Origin: a bacterium
Lineage (GTDB): Bacteria; Bacillota_I; Bacilli_A; Acholeplasmatales; Anaeroplasmataceae
Assembly: GCA_044432865.1 (NCBI GenBank)
Contig: JAWXUF010000001.1
Span: 2,786 to 66,785 of the forward strand
Direction: 5' to 3'
DNA length: 64,000 nt
Shown here piece after piece: positions 9,903-20,300 of the stretch. Under the pieces are notes generated by a model. That model saw only the letters and a program-made list of their open reading frames with translations. It did not search any database and was not told where the DNA came from. A program made the translations under genes and the position numbers. Each line of letters begins with the position of its first letter. The stretch's first letter is position 1.

Positions 9903-9980
9903 AATTTCGCACTTTTTAATAAAACTTATAACATTTTTATAAAATAAAAAATATTTTAATTTGGCACACAATTTATTTTT

Positions 9981-10979
9981 TTATTTTATTATGTCATAGT
10001 CAAGTTCTCTCAACATGTTCTCAGCAAAAAGTCCATATCCGTATTCAGGTGTATTAACAATTACGTGTGTTACAGCACCAATTAATTTTCCATCTTGAAT
10101 AATTGGGCTTCCACTCATACCTTGAATTACACCACCAGTGTAATTTAGTAATTCTTCATCAGTTATTTTAAATTTTATACCTTTTATATCATCACTAGTA
10201 TTTAATGTTACAGAGATTATTTCTATTGAATAACTTTTAACCTCAGTACCATTTATACAAGTTAATATTTGTGCACTACCTTTCTTAACTTCTTCTTTTG
10301 CTGCAACATAGTATAAATCTAAATTTGCAATAGAATCTGTATAAGTACCATATATTCCTTTATTAGTATTTAATTCTATTTCACCAATTACACCTTCGTC
10401 TATTACTGCTTTTTTAGAACCAGGATTTCCTTTGATTGATTTATCAACACCTGTTACTTCAGCTTTATATATATATCCTGAATCAGTATTAACTTTTGTA
10501 GCAATTTGATGTCCTAATGAAGCATAGTCTAAATCTTCTTGAGTAATAAATGTCATTGTACCTACACCAAGTATGTTATCTTTTACATATATCCCAAGTG
10601 ATATATTACCTTCATAACTTATAGGAGTAATGTGTGTACTTACTAATTGTTCATCTCTTAATAATTGGATGTTACATTGTTTTTCTCCATTTACCTTCAA
10701 AGCACCTATTAGACCATCTGCACTAATTATATTTACGTCATTTACTTTTAATATTACATCTCCAATTTCAAGGTTAGCATTCTCCCAAGGTTTTATTGTT
10801 TCTCCATTTACATTAACACTATACATTTTAGTTATTAATACTCCAGAGTTTAAACGTAATCCGATTGTTTCACCTGAAACATAAACTTGATTTTCATTTA
10901 ATATAAAATCCTTTGCAAATACACTTGTTGAAAACATAAGTGATATTATTAAAGTGAATGATAATATTATTTTTTTCAT
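9981..10979 (-). CDS. spoIVB: SpoIVB peptidase (S55 signalling serine protease)
   Basis: Signal/anchor sequence, PDZ-like segment (GDVILKVNDVNI) and the S55 active-site context GMSGSPI. Confidence 0.9.
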   Translation of the reverse strand: MKKIILSFTLIISLMFSTSVFAKDFILNENQVYVSGETIGLRLNSGVLITKMYSVNVNGETIKPWENANLEIGDVILKVNDVNIISADGLIGALKVNGEKQCNIQLLRDEQLVSTHITPISYEGNISLGIYVKDNILGVGTMTFITQEDLDYASLGHQIATKVNTDSGYIYKAEVTGVDKSIKGNPGSKKAVIDEGVIGEIELNTNKGIYGTYTDSIANLDLYYVAAKEEVKKGSAQILTCINGTEVKSYSIEIISVTLNTSDDIKGIKFKITDEELLNYTGGVIQGMSGSPIIQDGKLIGAVTHVIVNTPEYGYGLFAENMLRELDYDIIK

Positions 10980-11094
10980 TTTTTCACCTCCAAATATAGT
11001 TTAAGAATTTATCAATAAAATAAACTACACATTTTTTGTAAATATATTTGAATAAAAAATTATTTATAATATAATAATAATTGAGGTGAATTTT

Positions 11095-11919
11095 ATGTAT
11101 AAAATTATAGCAATAGACTTAGATGGTACATTATTAAATAAAGAAAAGAAAATAAGTGATGAAAATAAAGCAGCAATTAAAGAAGCTCAAGATTTAGGAA
11201 TAAAAGTTGTTATAGCAACAGGAAGACCTTTCAAGGGATTCTTTCATTTAGTTAAAGAATTAGGATTAGAAAATACAGATAATTACATTATTTGTTTCAA
11301 CGGTGGATTAGTGTATCACCTATTAACAAATACAGTAATCTATAGTTCTTCTATCACTGGTAAAGAATTAAAAAAACTTTATAAGGAATCTTTAGAATTA
11401 AATGTTAACATTCATGCATTTAGACAGAATCAAGATTTAGTATCTCCAAAAATAAGTATTCATACTCAAAGTGAGGCTACTTTAAATAATATCGAAATTA
11501 ATATACAAGATTTTAACGAAATAAAAGAGGATGAATTATTCATTAAAGGAATGTTAATAGATCCAAAAGAAATTTTAGATGAAGCAATATCAAATTTAAA
11601 CAAACAATGGTATGAAGACTTTAGCGTTGTACGTAGTACGCCTGTATACCTTGAGTTTTGTAATAAGAATGCACAAAAAGGTGTTGCATTAAAAGCATTA
11701 GCAGATCATTTAAATATTGATATTAAAGATACTGTAGCATTTGGTGATGCTGGAAATGATTATTCAATGATTAAAATGGCTGGATTAGGTGTTGTAATGG
11801 CAAATGGAATGGATTTCGTAAAAGAAATAGCTGATGAAATTACATTGTCTAATGAAGAAAATGGAGTTGCTTATGGTATAAGAAACTTTGTAATACAAAA
11901 AAATTGTAAAGAAAATTAA
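11095..11919 (+). CDS. Cof-type HAD-IIB family phosphatase
   Basis: Contains IAIDLDGTLL, ATGRP and GDAGNDYSM motifs. A GAGGTGA RBS favours the ATG at 11095 (the track start at 11086 is a GTG inside the RBS). Confidence 0.85.
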   Translation: MYKIIAIDLDGTLLNKEKKISDENKAAIKEAQDLGIKVVIATGRPFKGFFHLVKELGLENTDNYIICFNGGLVYHLLTNTVIYSSSITGKELKKLYKESLELNVNIHAFRQNQDLVSPKISIHTQSEATLNNIEINIQDFNEIKEDELFIKGMLIDPKEILDEAISNLNKQWYEDFSVVRSTPVYLEFCNKNAQKGVALKALADHLNIDIKDTVAFGDAGNDYSMIKMAGLGVVMANGMDFVKEIADEITLSNEENGVAYGIRNFVIQKNCKEN

Positions 11920-11938
11920 TTCTTTACAATTTTTTTAT
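11895..11938. terminator. Bidirectional terminator between the HAD phosphatase (+) and the ArsC-family gene (-)
   Basis: 12-bp stem aattgtaaagaa/ttctttacaatt (11902..11913 and 11920..11931). The HAD stop codon lies in the loop, and T-runs follow on both strands. Confidence 0.75.
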
Positions 11939-12286
11939 TTACACTATTTTTTTATATTCTTCTTCTTTGAATCCAAGTAATACAGAATTTGTTGAAATTA
12001 ACAATGGTCTTTTAATAAGCATTCCATTAGTTGATAACAATTCATATTTTTCTTCTAAACTCATTGTTGGAAGTTTATCCTTTAAATTAAGTTCTTTATA
12101 AACTAACCCAGATGTATTAAAAAACTTTTTAATATCTAAGCCACTCAATTCATGATATTGTTTCAACTCTTCTTTTGTTGGGATATTCGTCTTAATATCA
12201 ATGACTTCAGGATTAACATTGTTTTCGTTTAAGTATTTTAACGCTTTAACACATGTACTACATCTCATATAAGCTATAAATTTCAT
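11939..12286 (-). CDS. ArsC/Spx-family (thioredoxin-fold) protein
   Basis: 115 aa with an N-terminal CSTC motif in the ArsC/YffB-like context (YMRCSTCVKALKYL) and a KRPLL segment. Confidence 0.75.
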   Translation of the reverse strand: MKFIAYMRCSTCVKALKYLNENNVNPEVIDIKTNIPTKEELKQYHELSGLDIKKFFNTSGLVYKELNLKDKLPTMSLEEKYELLSTNGMLIKRPLLISTNSVLLGFKEEEYKKIV

Positions 12287-12339
12287 TTATAATCACCTCA
12301 CTAATTATTATACTATATTAATATATTATTGCGAGGGAT

Positions 12340-13092
12340 TTACTTAGAAACTATTTCATTTATATTGTATGATTTATAGTTATTACTTTTTCCTACTAAA
12401 ATCAAGTATTCTTTGTTACCCATCTTACCTGTAATAGGAGATTCAATTAAATTAAGTACATTTAAATTTAATTCTTTAATTGAATTTATTGTTTCATTTA
12501 TAACTTTTAAATGAATTTTTTTATCTTTTACTACACCATTTTTAATTTTAACTTTTCCTAATTCATACTGTGGTTTTATTAAAGCAATTAAATAATTCTC
12601 TTCATTCAAAAATTTCAGTAAATTTGGAATTATAGATTTAATTGACACAAAAGAAACATCCATTACTAAATAGTCGAACTCTTCTGTTGTATCATAATCT
12701 AAAATATTCAAATTTTCATGTGATTCTACTTTAGGATTACTTTTTATTTTTTCATGAAGTTGATTACTTCCTACATCAACAGCTACTACTTTTTTAGCAC
12801 CATTTTGAAGCGCAACATCAGTAAACCCACCAGTAGAAGCTCCTATATCTAGTACTATTTTATTATTAAAATCTAATTCGAAACTTTTTATTGCATGATC
12901 AAGTTTAAAACCACCTCTACTTACAAATGGATTTACTTCTTGAACAACTTTAACTATTTGATCAATTACATCAGTACTTGGTTTAAGTACCACTTTATCA
13001 TTTACAGTTACTCCACCTGATTTTATTGCAAACGTAGCTTTTTCTCTTGAATCAAATAAATTATTACTAACTAAGTATACATCTAATCGCAT
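12340..13092 (-). CDS. tlyA: TlyA-family rRNA 2'-O-ribose methyltransferase
   Basis: S4-like N-terminus (RLDVYLV) plus FtsJ-type SAM motif VLDIGASTGGFTD. It lies downstream of dxs, as in B. subtilis (yqxC). Confidence 0.85.
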   Translation of the reverse strand: MRLDVYLVSNNLFDSREKATFAIKSGGVTVNDKVVLKPSTDVIDQIVKVVQEVNPFVSRGGFKLDHAIKSFELDFNNKIVLDIGASTGGFTDVALQNGAKKVVAVDVGSNQLHEKIKSNPKVESHENLNILDYDTTEEFDYLVMDVSFVSIKSIIPNLLKFLNEENYLIALIKPQYELGKVKIKNGVVKDKKIHLKVINETINSIKELNLNVLNLIESPITGKMGNKEYLILVGKSNNYKSYNINEIVSK

Positions 13093-14900
13093 AATATTTT
13101 AATTTCCTTTAATATATGTTTATCAGATAAATTATATTTATCTAGTACACTTTCTATATCACCATGCACTAAAAAATCATCAACATTAAAACACATATGT
13201 TTAATGTTAATTTGATAATTCAACTGATTTAATTCATAAATAATATTACTTCCTAAACTATTGTTTCTAACAACTTGTTCGTATATTAATATATTATCAT
13301 ACTTATTCATTTCTCTTATCATTTTTAAATCAAGAGGTTTAATAAATAACGCATTAATTATATCAACATTAAAATTGTTTTCTTTTACAATTTTATTAAT
13401 TCTTTCTAAATCATATCCATAAGAAATAACTGCTGTTTTTGAATTGTTATTTAATAAATAATACCATGATGTATCAGTGATATCTTTTGAATTACCTTCT
13501 GAGCAAAATGCTTTTGGATATCTAATAACCATTGGATTACTTTGAATGAAATAATATTTCATCAAACCATACATTTCAGACTTATTCATTGGCATAGCAA
13601 TTTTGAAGTTAGGCATTGAATTAAACATTGAAACATCATACACACCTTGATGCGTCGATCCGTCCGCTCCAACAATACCTGCTCTATCTAAACATACTAA
13701 AACTTTTAAATTTTGTCTTGCAACATCATTTAAAAAATAATCATAAGCTCTTTGTGCAAATGTTGAATACATACTAACAACTACATCTTTTCCTTCTAAC
13801 GCAAGTCCTGTAGACATTGATACAGCAAGTTCTTCAGCAATCCCGACATCTATTATATCATTAGGATAAATATCTTGAAATAAATCAAGTTTAGTACCAC
13901 TAATCATTGCTGGGTTAATAACTTTAAATTCATAATATTTTCTAATTTCAATTAATGATAATGCGAATGCTTCACTAAATGAATTATCAATCTTAGTTTT
14001 ATCAACACCTAAGACAGGATCAAATGAAGGTACTCCATGGAAGTCTCCATTTTCATCATCTTCGGCTAAAGTATACCCTTTTCCTTTTTCAGTAATCAAA
14101 TGAATCAGTACAGGTTTCTTAATTTTTTTCGCCCTTTGCATAGCGGCTATAACATCTTTAATATTGTTCCCATTATATGGACCAAAATAATCATATCCCA
14201 TATCTTCAAATATATTATCTGCTTGTAAAAACCCTTTAATACCGCGCTTTATTTTATGTAAGAACGTTATTAAGAATGATGGTAAAATAAATCTAAAGAA
14301 TGTTTTTATCCCTCTCCAAAATTTAGTGCCTCTTATTTTACTTAGGTTTTTATTTAATGCTCCGACACTTTTTCCTATACCCATTTTGTTATCATTTAAA
14401 ATAACAATTGGATTAGTATTTGTTTCGTGTGTTATATTTAATGCTTCTAAAGCAACACCATTTGCTATCGCAGAATCACCAATAATAGAAACTACACTTC
14501 TATCACTTTCTTCTGCATAAAGCATACCTAACCCTGTTGCAATACTTGTTGAAGAATGTCCTGATTCAAAACAATCATGAATACTCTCATCTCTTTTAAT
14601 ATAACCACTTAATCCATCAAATTTTCTTAATGAATTAAACTCACTAGCTCTACCAGTTAGTATTTTGTGTACATATGATTGATGACCAACATCAAATAAC
14701 AATTTATCATTTGGACTATCGAATACATAATGAAGAGCAATTGTAATTTCAACTACTCCTAAATTACTTGCTAAATGACCTCCTGTTTTACTTACATTAT
14801 CAATTAAAAAATTTCTTATATCATTTGATAAAATCTTTAATTCTTTTATTGATAATTCTTTAACAAAACTAGGGTCTGTAATTTTGTTTAAATCAAACAT
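13083..14900 (-). CDS. dxs: 1-deoxy-D-xylulose-5-phosphate synthase
   Basis: 605 aa with GGHLASNLGVVE, the HQSYVHKILTGR motif, a ThDP-binding GDSAIANG ... NDN motif and a transketolase-like C-terminus. Confidence 0.95.
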   Translation of the reverse strand: MFDLNKITDPSFVKELSIKELKILSNDIRNFLIDNVSKTGGHLASNLGVVEITIALHYVFDSPNDKLLFDVGHQSYVHKILTGRASEFNSLRKFDGLSGYIKRDESIHDCFESGHSSTSIATGLGMLYAEESDRSVVSIIGDSAIANGVALEALNITHETNTNPIVILNDNKMGIGKSVGALNKNLSKIRGTKFWRGIKTFFRFILPSFLITFLHKIKRGIKGFLQADNIFEDMGYDYFGPYNGNNIKDVIAAMQRAKKIKKPVLIHLITEKGKGYTLAEDDENGDFHGVPSFDPVLGVDKTKIDNSFSEAFALSLIEIRKYYEFKVINPAMISGTKLDLFQDIYPNDIIDVGIAEELAVSMSTGLALEGKDVVVSMYSTFAQRAYDYFLNDVARQNLKVLVCLDRAGIVGADGSTHQGVYDVSMFNSMPNFKIAMPMNKSEMYGLMKYYFIQSNPMVIRYPKAFCSEGNSKDITDTSWYYLLNNNSKTAVISYGYDLERINKIVKENNFNVDIINALFIKPLDLKMIREMNKYDNILIYEQVVRNNSLGSNIIYELNQLNYQINIKHMCFNVDDFLVHGDIESVLDKYNLSDKHILKEIKILCD

Positions 14901-14910
14901 TTTGTTTCAC

Positions 14911-15126
14911 CTATTCCTGATTAAAATCTTCTACTTTTCCATCTTCTACTTTTTTAACAATTAAATCTTCTGTTTGCTTAAAGATTTCATGGCATTCTTT
15001 TGATAAATCTAAACCTCTTTTATACGCTTCAATTGCATCTTCTAATGAAACATCTCTTGATTCTAATTTATTTACAACTAATTCTAATTCTTTTAAATTT
15101 TCTTCAAAGCTTAATTTTTTACTCAT
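14911..15126 (-). CDS. xseB: Exodeoxyribonuclease VII small subunit
   Basis: 71 aa with the FEENLKELE ... LE(D)AI..Y..G pattern. It overlaps xseA by 8 nt. Confidence 0.9.
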   Translation of the reverse strand: MSKKLSFEENLKELELVVNKLESRDVSLEDAIEAYKRGLDLSKECHEIFKQTEDLIVKKVEDGKVEDFNQE

Positions 15127-16318
15127 GCTTGCTCACTACCTTTACGTTTAATTTTCCGTCTTTTAAATTGATAGATAATTTATCATCTACATTAACATCA
15201 TTTATACTTCTAATTATTTTTTCTTCTTGTTTTACTAAACTAAATCCTTTATCCATAATTGATAGTGGATTTAAGGCGTTTAATTTTTCAATATTATATC
15301 TTAATTTATTATGCTTAAATTCTAATAAATTAATCATATTATTTCCTAATAATTTATCTAGTTGTATTTTCTTATTATATAATTGTTCTAATATTATTAG
15401 AGGACTACTATTATCTAATCTATGATCTAAATTAACAAGATTTTGTTTTATATTATTTAGTTTGTTATGAAATGAGTTTTCAATACGTGTTTTATAAATA
15501 TTTATTGTATTTTTTAACACACTTAAATCTGGAGTTGCTATTTCTGCAGCTGCAGTTGGTGTTGCAGCCCTAACGTCAGCAACAAAGTCTGATATAGTAA
15601 AATCAGTTTCATGTCCTACAGCAGAAATTATCGGAACTTTGGAATTAAAAATTGCTTCAGCAACTACTTTTTCATTAAAGCACCATAAATCTTCAATAGA
15701 ACCTCCACCTCTCCCTACAATTATCGTATCAACTAATCCATCTTCATTTGCTAATTTAATATTTTTAACAATTGATGTCTTAGCTGTTTCACCTTGTACA
15801 ATAGATGGATACACATAAATTTGTGCTATTGGATATCTTCTTTTTATTGTATTTATAACATCCCTAACGGCTGCTCCTGTTGGAGATGTAATTACAGCGA
15901 TTGCTTTTGGATATAAAGGAATTGATTTCTTTTTACTTGAATCAAAATATCCTTTTTCTTCTAACTCTTTTTTTAACTTTTCATACGCTAGATATAAATC
16001 TCCTAACCCTTTTTGAGTTATTTGATTAACGTTTATTTGATATGTACCATATGGTATATAAGTACTTATAGTACCTCTAACTAATACTGTTTGACCATCT
16101 TTCGGAGTAAAATCAACTTTAGAAGCATCATTACTAAACATTGTTGCACTGATTTGTGATTCTGAATCCTTAAGGGTGAAATAAAAGTGCCCTCTTGAAT
16201 TTCTCTTAAAGTTCGATATTTCGGCTTCAATATAAACATTTTTTAAATGTACATCATTATCAAATTTATATTTTATATACTTACTTATCGCACTTACTGT
16301 TAAATACTGTTTATCCAT
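15119..16318 (-). CDS. xseA: Exodeoxyribonuclease VII large subunit
   Basis: 399 aa with an OB-fold N-terminus (GHFYFTLKD) and catalytic core (VITSPTGAAVRD, RGGGS.EDLW.FN). Confidence 0.95.
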   Translation of the reverse strand: MDKQYLTVSAISKYIKYKFDNDVHLKNVYIEAEISNFKRNSRGHFYFTLKDSESQISATMFSNDASKVDFTPKDGQTVLVRGTISTYIPYGTYQINVNQITQKGLGDLYLAYEKLKKELEEKGYFDSSKKKSIPLYPKAIAVITSPTGAAVRDVINTIKRRYPIAQIYVYPSIVQGETAKTSIVKNIKLANEDGLVDTIIVGRGGGSIEDLWCFNEKVVAEAIFNSKVPIISAVGHETDFTISDFVADVRAATPTAAAEIATPDLSVLKNTINIYKTRIENSFHNKLNNIKQNLVNLDHRLDNSSPLIILEQLYNKKIQLDKLLGNNMINLLEFKHNKLRYNIEKLNALNPLSIMDKGFSLVKQEEKIIRSINDVNVDDKLSINLKDGKLNVKVVSKHE

Positions 16319-16710
16319 TATAATGATTTATTTATTTTATCAATTAAAGAATGGATAAAACGTTTGTTTTTCCCATCACCTAAATCTGAGTATTCCTTCA
16401 CGATTTCTAATGTTTCATTAATAACAATGTTAGCTGGTGTTTTACATAAAAATTCATAAGTTGCTGCTCTTGTTAATGCTCTATCAACATATGATAATCT
16501 ATTTAAAGTGTAATTAGTTAAATTTTTTTCAATGATTTCATCTATGTTTTTAATATCGTTAATTACTCCTGTAACAATTGATCTAGTAAAATCACTTTGT
16601 GCTTTTTCAAGTACCTCTACAGTATCAATCTCAACATGACCTACTAAGTCAAAATGGTATAATAATTGCATTGCTAATATTCTTGATTCTCTTAATTCTT
16701 GTTTAGTCAT
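16318..16710 (-). CDS. nusB: Transcription antitermination factor NusB
   Basis: NusB pattern (RESRILAMQLLY ... VDRALTRAATYE). A GGAGGA RBS 7 nt upstream favours the ATG at 16710 over the TTG at 16725. Its stop overlaps the xseA start (TAATG). Confidence 0.9.
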   Translation of the reverse strand: MTKQELRESRILAMQLLYHFDLVGHVEIDTVEVLEKAQSDFTRSIVTGVINDIKNIDEIIEKNLTNYTLNRLSYVDRALTRAATYEFLCKTPANIVINETLEIVKEYSDLGDGKNKRFIHSLIDKINKSL

Positions 16711-16733
16711 TTTTAAATCCTCCAATTAAAAAT

Positions 16734-16762
16734 ATTATATCATAAATTTAATCCATTTTAAA
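16734..16762 (-). promoter_or_regulatory. Sigma-A-type promoter of the nusB-xseA-xseB-dxs-tlyA string, extended -10
   Basis: On the minus strand: TTTAAA (16757..16762), a 17-nt spacer ending in TGa, TATAAT (16734..16739). Confidence 0.55.
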
Positions 16763-16772
16763 TAATATAAAT

Positions 16773-16795
16773 AAAAAAACCACTAATAATAGTGG
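16773..16795 (-). terminator. Weak terminator after spoIIIAH, before the nusB promoter
   Basis: 6-bp stem ccacta/tagtgg (16780..16785 and 16790..16795) followed on the minus strand by TTTTTTT. The stem is short and AT-rich. Confidence 0.5.
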
Positions 16796-16804
16796 AATTT
16801 TTAT

Positions 16805-17278
16805 TTATATTGATTTCGGTGAAACTTCTACTTTAATATTACTTCCAAATACATCTTTCATAATTGATGTTATCTCAATAAATTCTTGTGTAGTAGGAAC
16901 ATAATTTAGTATGTATACAGAAACAAAATTATCCTCATTCACAACAAAGCAATCAAGATATCCTAAATTCTCTACAAATGTTTCAGCAAGTACTTCTAAT
17001 TCAGTTAATTCAAGTATTTCTTGCATCGTTTCAAATGCATCACTTTTCATATCATCACTATATGTGTCTGATGCGATTATGTTTTCTAAATCAACAACAT
17101 ACTCTTCTCTTTGAGCAAGAATTTCTAATCTCATCGAAGCAAACTCTGGATGTTCAGTAGTTATATTTTCACTTACAGTTGGTGCAATAATACCTTCTTC
17201 CGGCATATTAATATAATAAATTGATAACATCATTACAACAGCTAATAAAAAAAGTGAAAGTTTATTTTTCTTAATCAT
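16805..17278 (-). CDS. spoIIIAH: Stage III sporulation protein AH-like
   Basis: 157 aa. The N-terminal anchor MIKKNKLSLFLLAVVMMLSIYYINMPEE closely parallels B. subtilis SpoIIIAH (MLKKQTVWLLTMLSLVVVLSVYYIMSPE, from memory). The C-terminal FASMRLE...ARE..., LGY.D..V and KVEVSPK segments parallel its YscJ-like domain. It lies upstream of nusB, as in Bacillus. Confidence 0.75.
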   Translation of the reverse strand: MIKKNKLSLFLLAVVMMLSIYYINMPEEGIIAPTVSENITTEHPEFASMRLEILAQREEYVVDLENIIASDTYSDDMKSDAFETMQEILELTELEVLAETFVENLGYLDCFVVNEDNFVSVYILNYVPTTQEFIEITSIMKDVFGSNIKVEVSPKSI

Positions 17279-17327
17279 TTACATGTCCCCCTATTGTTTT
17301 CAATAAAGTATATGCAAAGTAATTGAA

Positions 17328-20300
17328 TTATATTCCTAATTTACTTTTAAAAATATTAATAATATCTATATAAGTTAATTGTTGATTATACACTTTACCC
17401 ATATAACAATTAATATATTTTTTGTAATGTTCTATCTCTTCATTTTTATTTGTTTCATTTAAAACAAATTTAACATCTAAATTAGATAATATATTAGAAA
17501 GAGACTTAATATATTCATCATTAAATTCATTCATATTTTTAAAATTTTTCAGTAAGAAATAAGAGGGTTTAACAAGAGATAGATCATCAATATTATTTAA
17601 GGCAATATGATACCCTTGATTCATTAAATAGATAATGTTATCAACTGCACCATTGTACACTCTATCAATTTTTAAAATAACTCTTTCTTTTGTAATTTTG
17701 AATTGTTTTGCCATTTCTTCTAGATAATTTACAAAACTTTTTTTCACTAAACTATACTCGTCAATTTTAATTACAACATTAATACTATAATCAATTTTAC
17801 TAGATATCAAATTCATTTCATGAAATGTTCTTTGAATTAAATACTGCTCTAACGTTGTTGTCATATTTTTACGTTTAATTACTTCTTCTAAAATTCTTAC
17901 ATCAACTTTATAATTACTTAAGTTAAGTTTAGACTCATAAAATTCAATTAAACTATCATTAACATTAACACACTGTGTAAATAAAATCCCAAGATTCTTT
18001 TGATCAATAGATTCACTGATATATGTGATAAGTTGTTCTCTTAAAAATCTTTCTTTATATAGCTCAATGTCGTAAAATCCTACATTTTCATCTAAAAAGT
18101 CGTCAACATTTAAAATGGAATCACTTAATATCTCTAACATTTTATCTAATGATTTTTCTTTAGTGTCAACAGTACTTCTATAAGTACCATAGGTAAATCT
18201 AGGAATTAATCTATTATTGATTAACGATAACTTCTCAATTAAGTATTGATCTAACTTGTTAATTATTTGTTTCAATACTCTTTTATCATTTGTATCTTTT
18301 ACTAATACTATTATTTTATCAAAGTTCAGATGGTAATAATCATAATCTTTATTAAACTCAGGTAATAATTGTCCTATACATTTTAATATATCCATACTGA
18401 ATTTTTCTTGATATAAATATGTGTATTTTTTTAAATCTTTAAAATTTAATAAAATAGCACTAAATTTTTTCATATCAAAATATTTATATATTTCTACATT
18501 TAATGATTGATTATTTTTTAAATTAGTTATTGGATTATGATATGCAGTAACAATTAAATCTCTTTTATTAGATTCTACTTTAGTATAATCTTCAAATATA
18601 AATAACAATTTATAATCACTAATCTTTGTGGTTTTAATTAACACTTTTTTCTCATTATTAAAAGTAACTAATTGTTCAAAATAGTTATCTTCAATACTTA
18701 ATGAATTATAATTAGCAAGAAACTCTTTGTAATCATCCATTGAAATATTAGACACAAAACTATTAAATGTTACTTTATTTTTTACGCCTAATAAATTTGT
18801 AATCTCTTTGTTACAATAAAAATAATCTGTATCACTAAAAGCATAGTAAAACATCTTTGATCCAAGTATTTCTAATTTACTTTCCGTTTCATAAAAAACT
18901 CTTTCTTTTTCATAGTTAATAACTGAAATAGAATTGTAAAATTTCGCGAAACAATGCAGTTTTTCGAAATTAAGAACACCTTCAATCATATTATGATTTT
19001 CAGAAACAAAATATATTGCCCCAAAACATTTATCTGTAAAAAGAGGGAAAATTGTTGCATAGTTAAATTCAATTATTTCATTATTAAAAGGGTTAAACAA
19101 ATTGTCTCGTTGGGTATTAAAAGAAATTATTTCAACATCAGATTGATGGAAATTATCTATAATTTCTAAAGTAACATCTTTTTTTATATAAAGCCTTTCC
19201 TTCTTGAAATGAAATGATTCGAACTCTTTTGTAATAATATAACAATCATTAAATGGAACTTTTTCATTCAATTTAATTAATGATAAACGTAGTTGTTCTC
19301 TAAATCTCTCGTTAGATTGAAACGGTTTGAATATATCAATTGTCTCCTGATAAAAATCACTCATCTCATTTAAAGTAGGTTTAGTTTTTTTTATCTTTTT
19401 AAAAACAGGTGTTTCTATATTAGTATTTTCTTTAGGTTTCTTAATTTTAATTGCTTTTATTATATTTTGATGTATGTAATCTATTTCTTTGTATACTTTG
19501 ACATTACTTACTTCTTTTAACCTTTGTTTATATAGTTCAATTGATTGTCTATTTTGTAAAATAGTATACAATTCTATACATAACTGATAATAATCTTTTT
19601 TAACATCTGTTGATGCTCTTTCCATTACTTCTTCATATTTAGCTTCTAAAATAGAACATCTTTTATAATTACCTTTTTTAAAATAAATCTTTAATGTTAA
19701 TAGATTAACTTTACTACCAAAGTATTCACTTCTTACAGGGTTTGAGTTTAATATTTCTAATGACTTTTCATATTCTTCTAATTGATAATAATTAGTTGCT
19801 TCATAATATAATAATGATTCAAAAACTTCAAAGTCACCTAACTCAAGAGCTAACTCTTTTGTTGTATCTAAATTTTTATTAAATTTATAAAACTCATTAC
19901 CATCAAAGTAAGCTTTTGCAAGTAAAAACATACCTGCTAACCTATTTGCTTTTGATGTATCATCTTGTAGAAATAAATTTATATATCTAATTCTTTCTCC
20001 AATATCATTTTTATGAAACAATATCATATCTTGATAATATATTTCTGTATCATATGAATTTAATAATTCTTTTTTTTGGTTAATTGCATCTAAACATTCT
20101 TTTCTATAATCATCAATTGTTAATTCAATGAATTTATCTAATATAGTTATTAAGTTTTCCGATTTATACTTCTTTGTAAATGCTTCAACTACATTAACCA
20201 TGAAATCAATTTGTTTAGTTTTAGAATATAAAGAAAGTAAATGACATACTACTATTGCATGTTCTTCATCATCTACGCTAGTTTTATTTAAAAATCGCTG

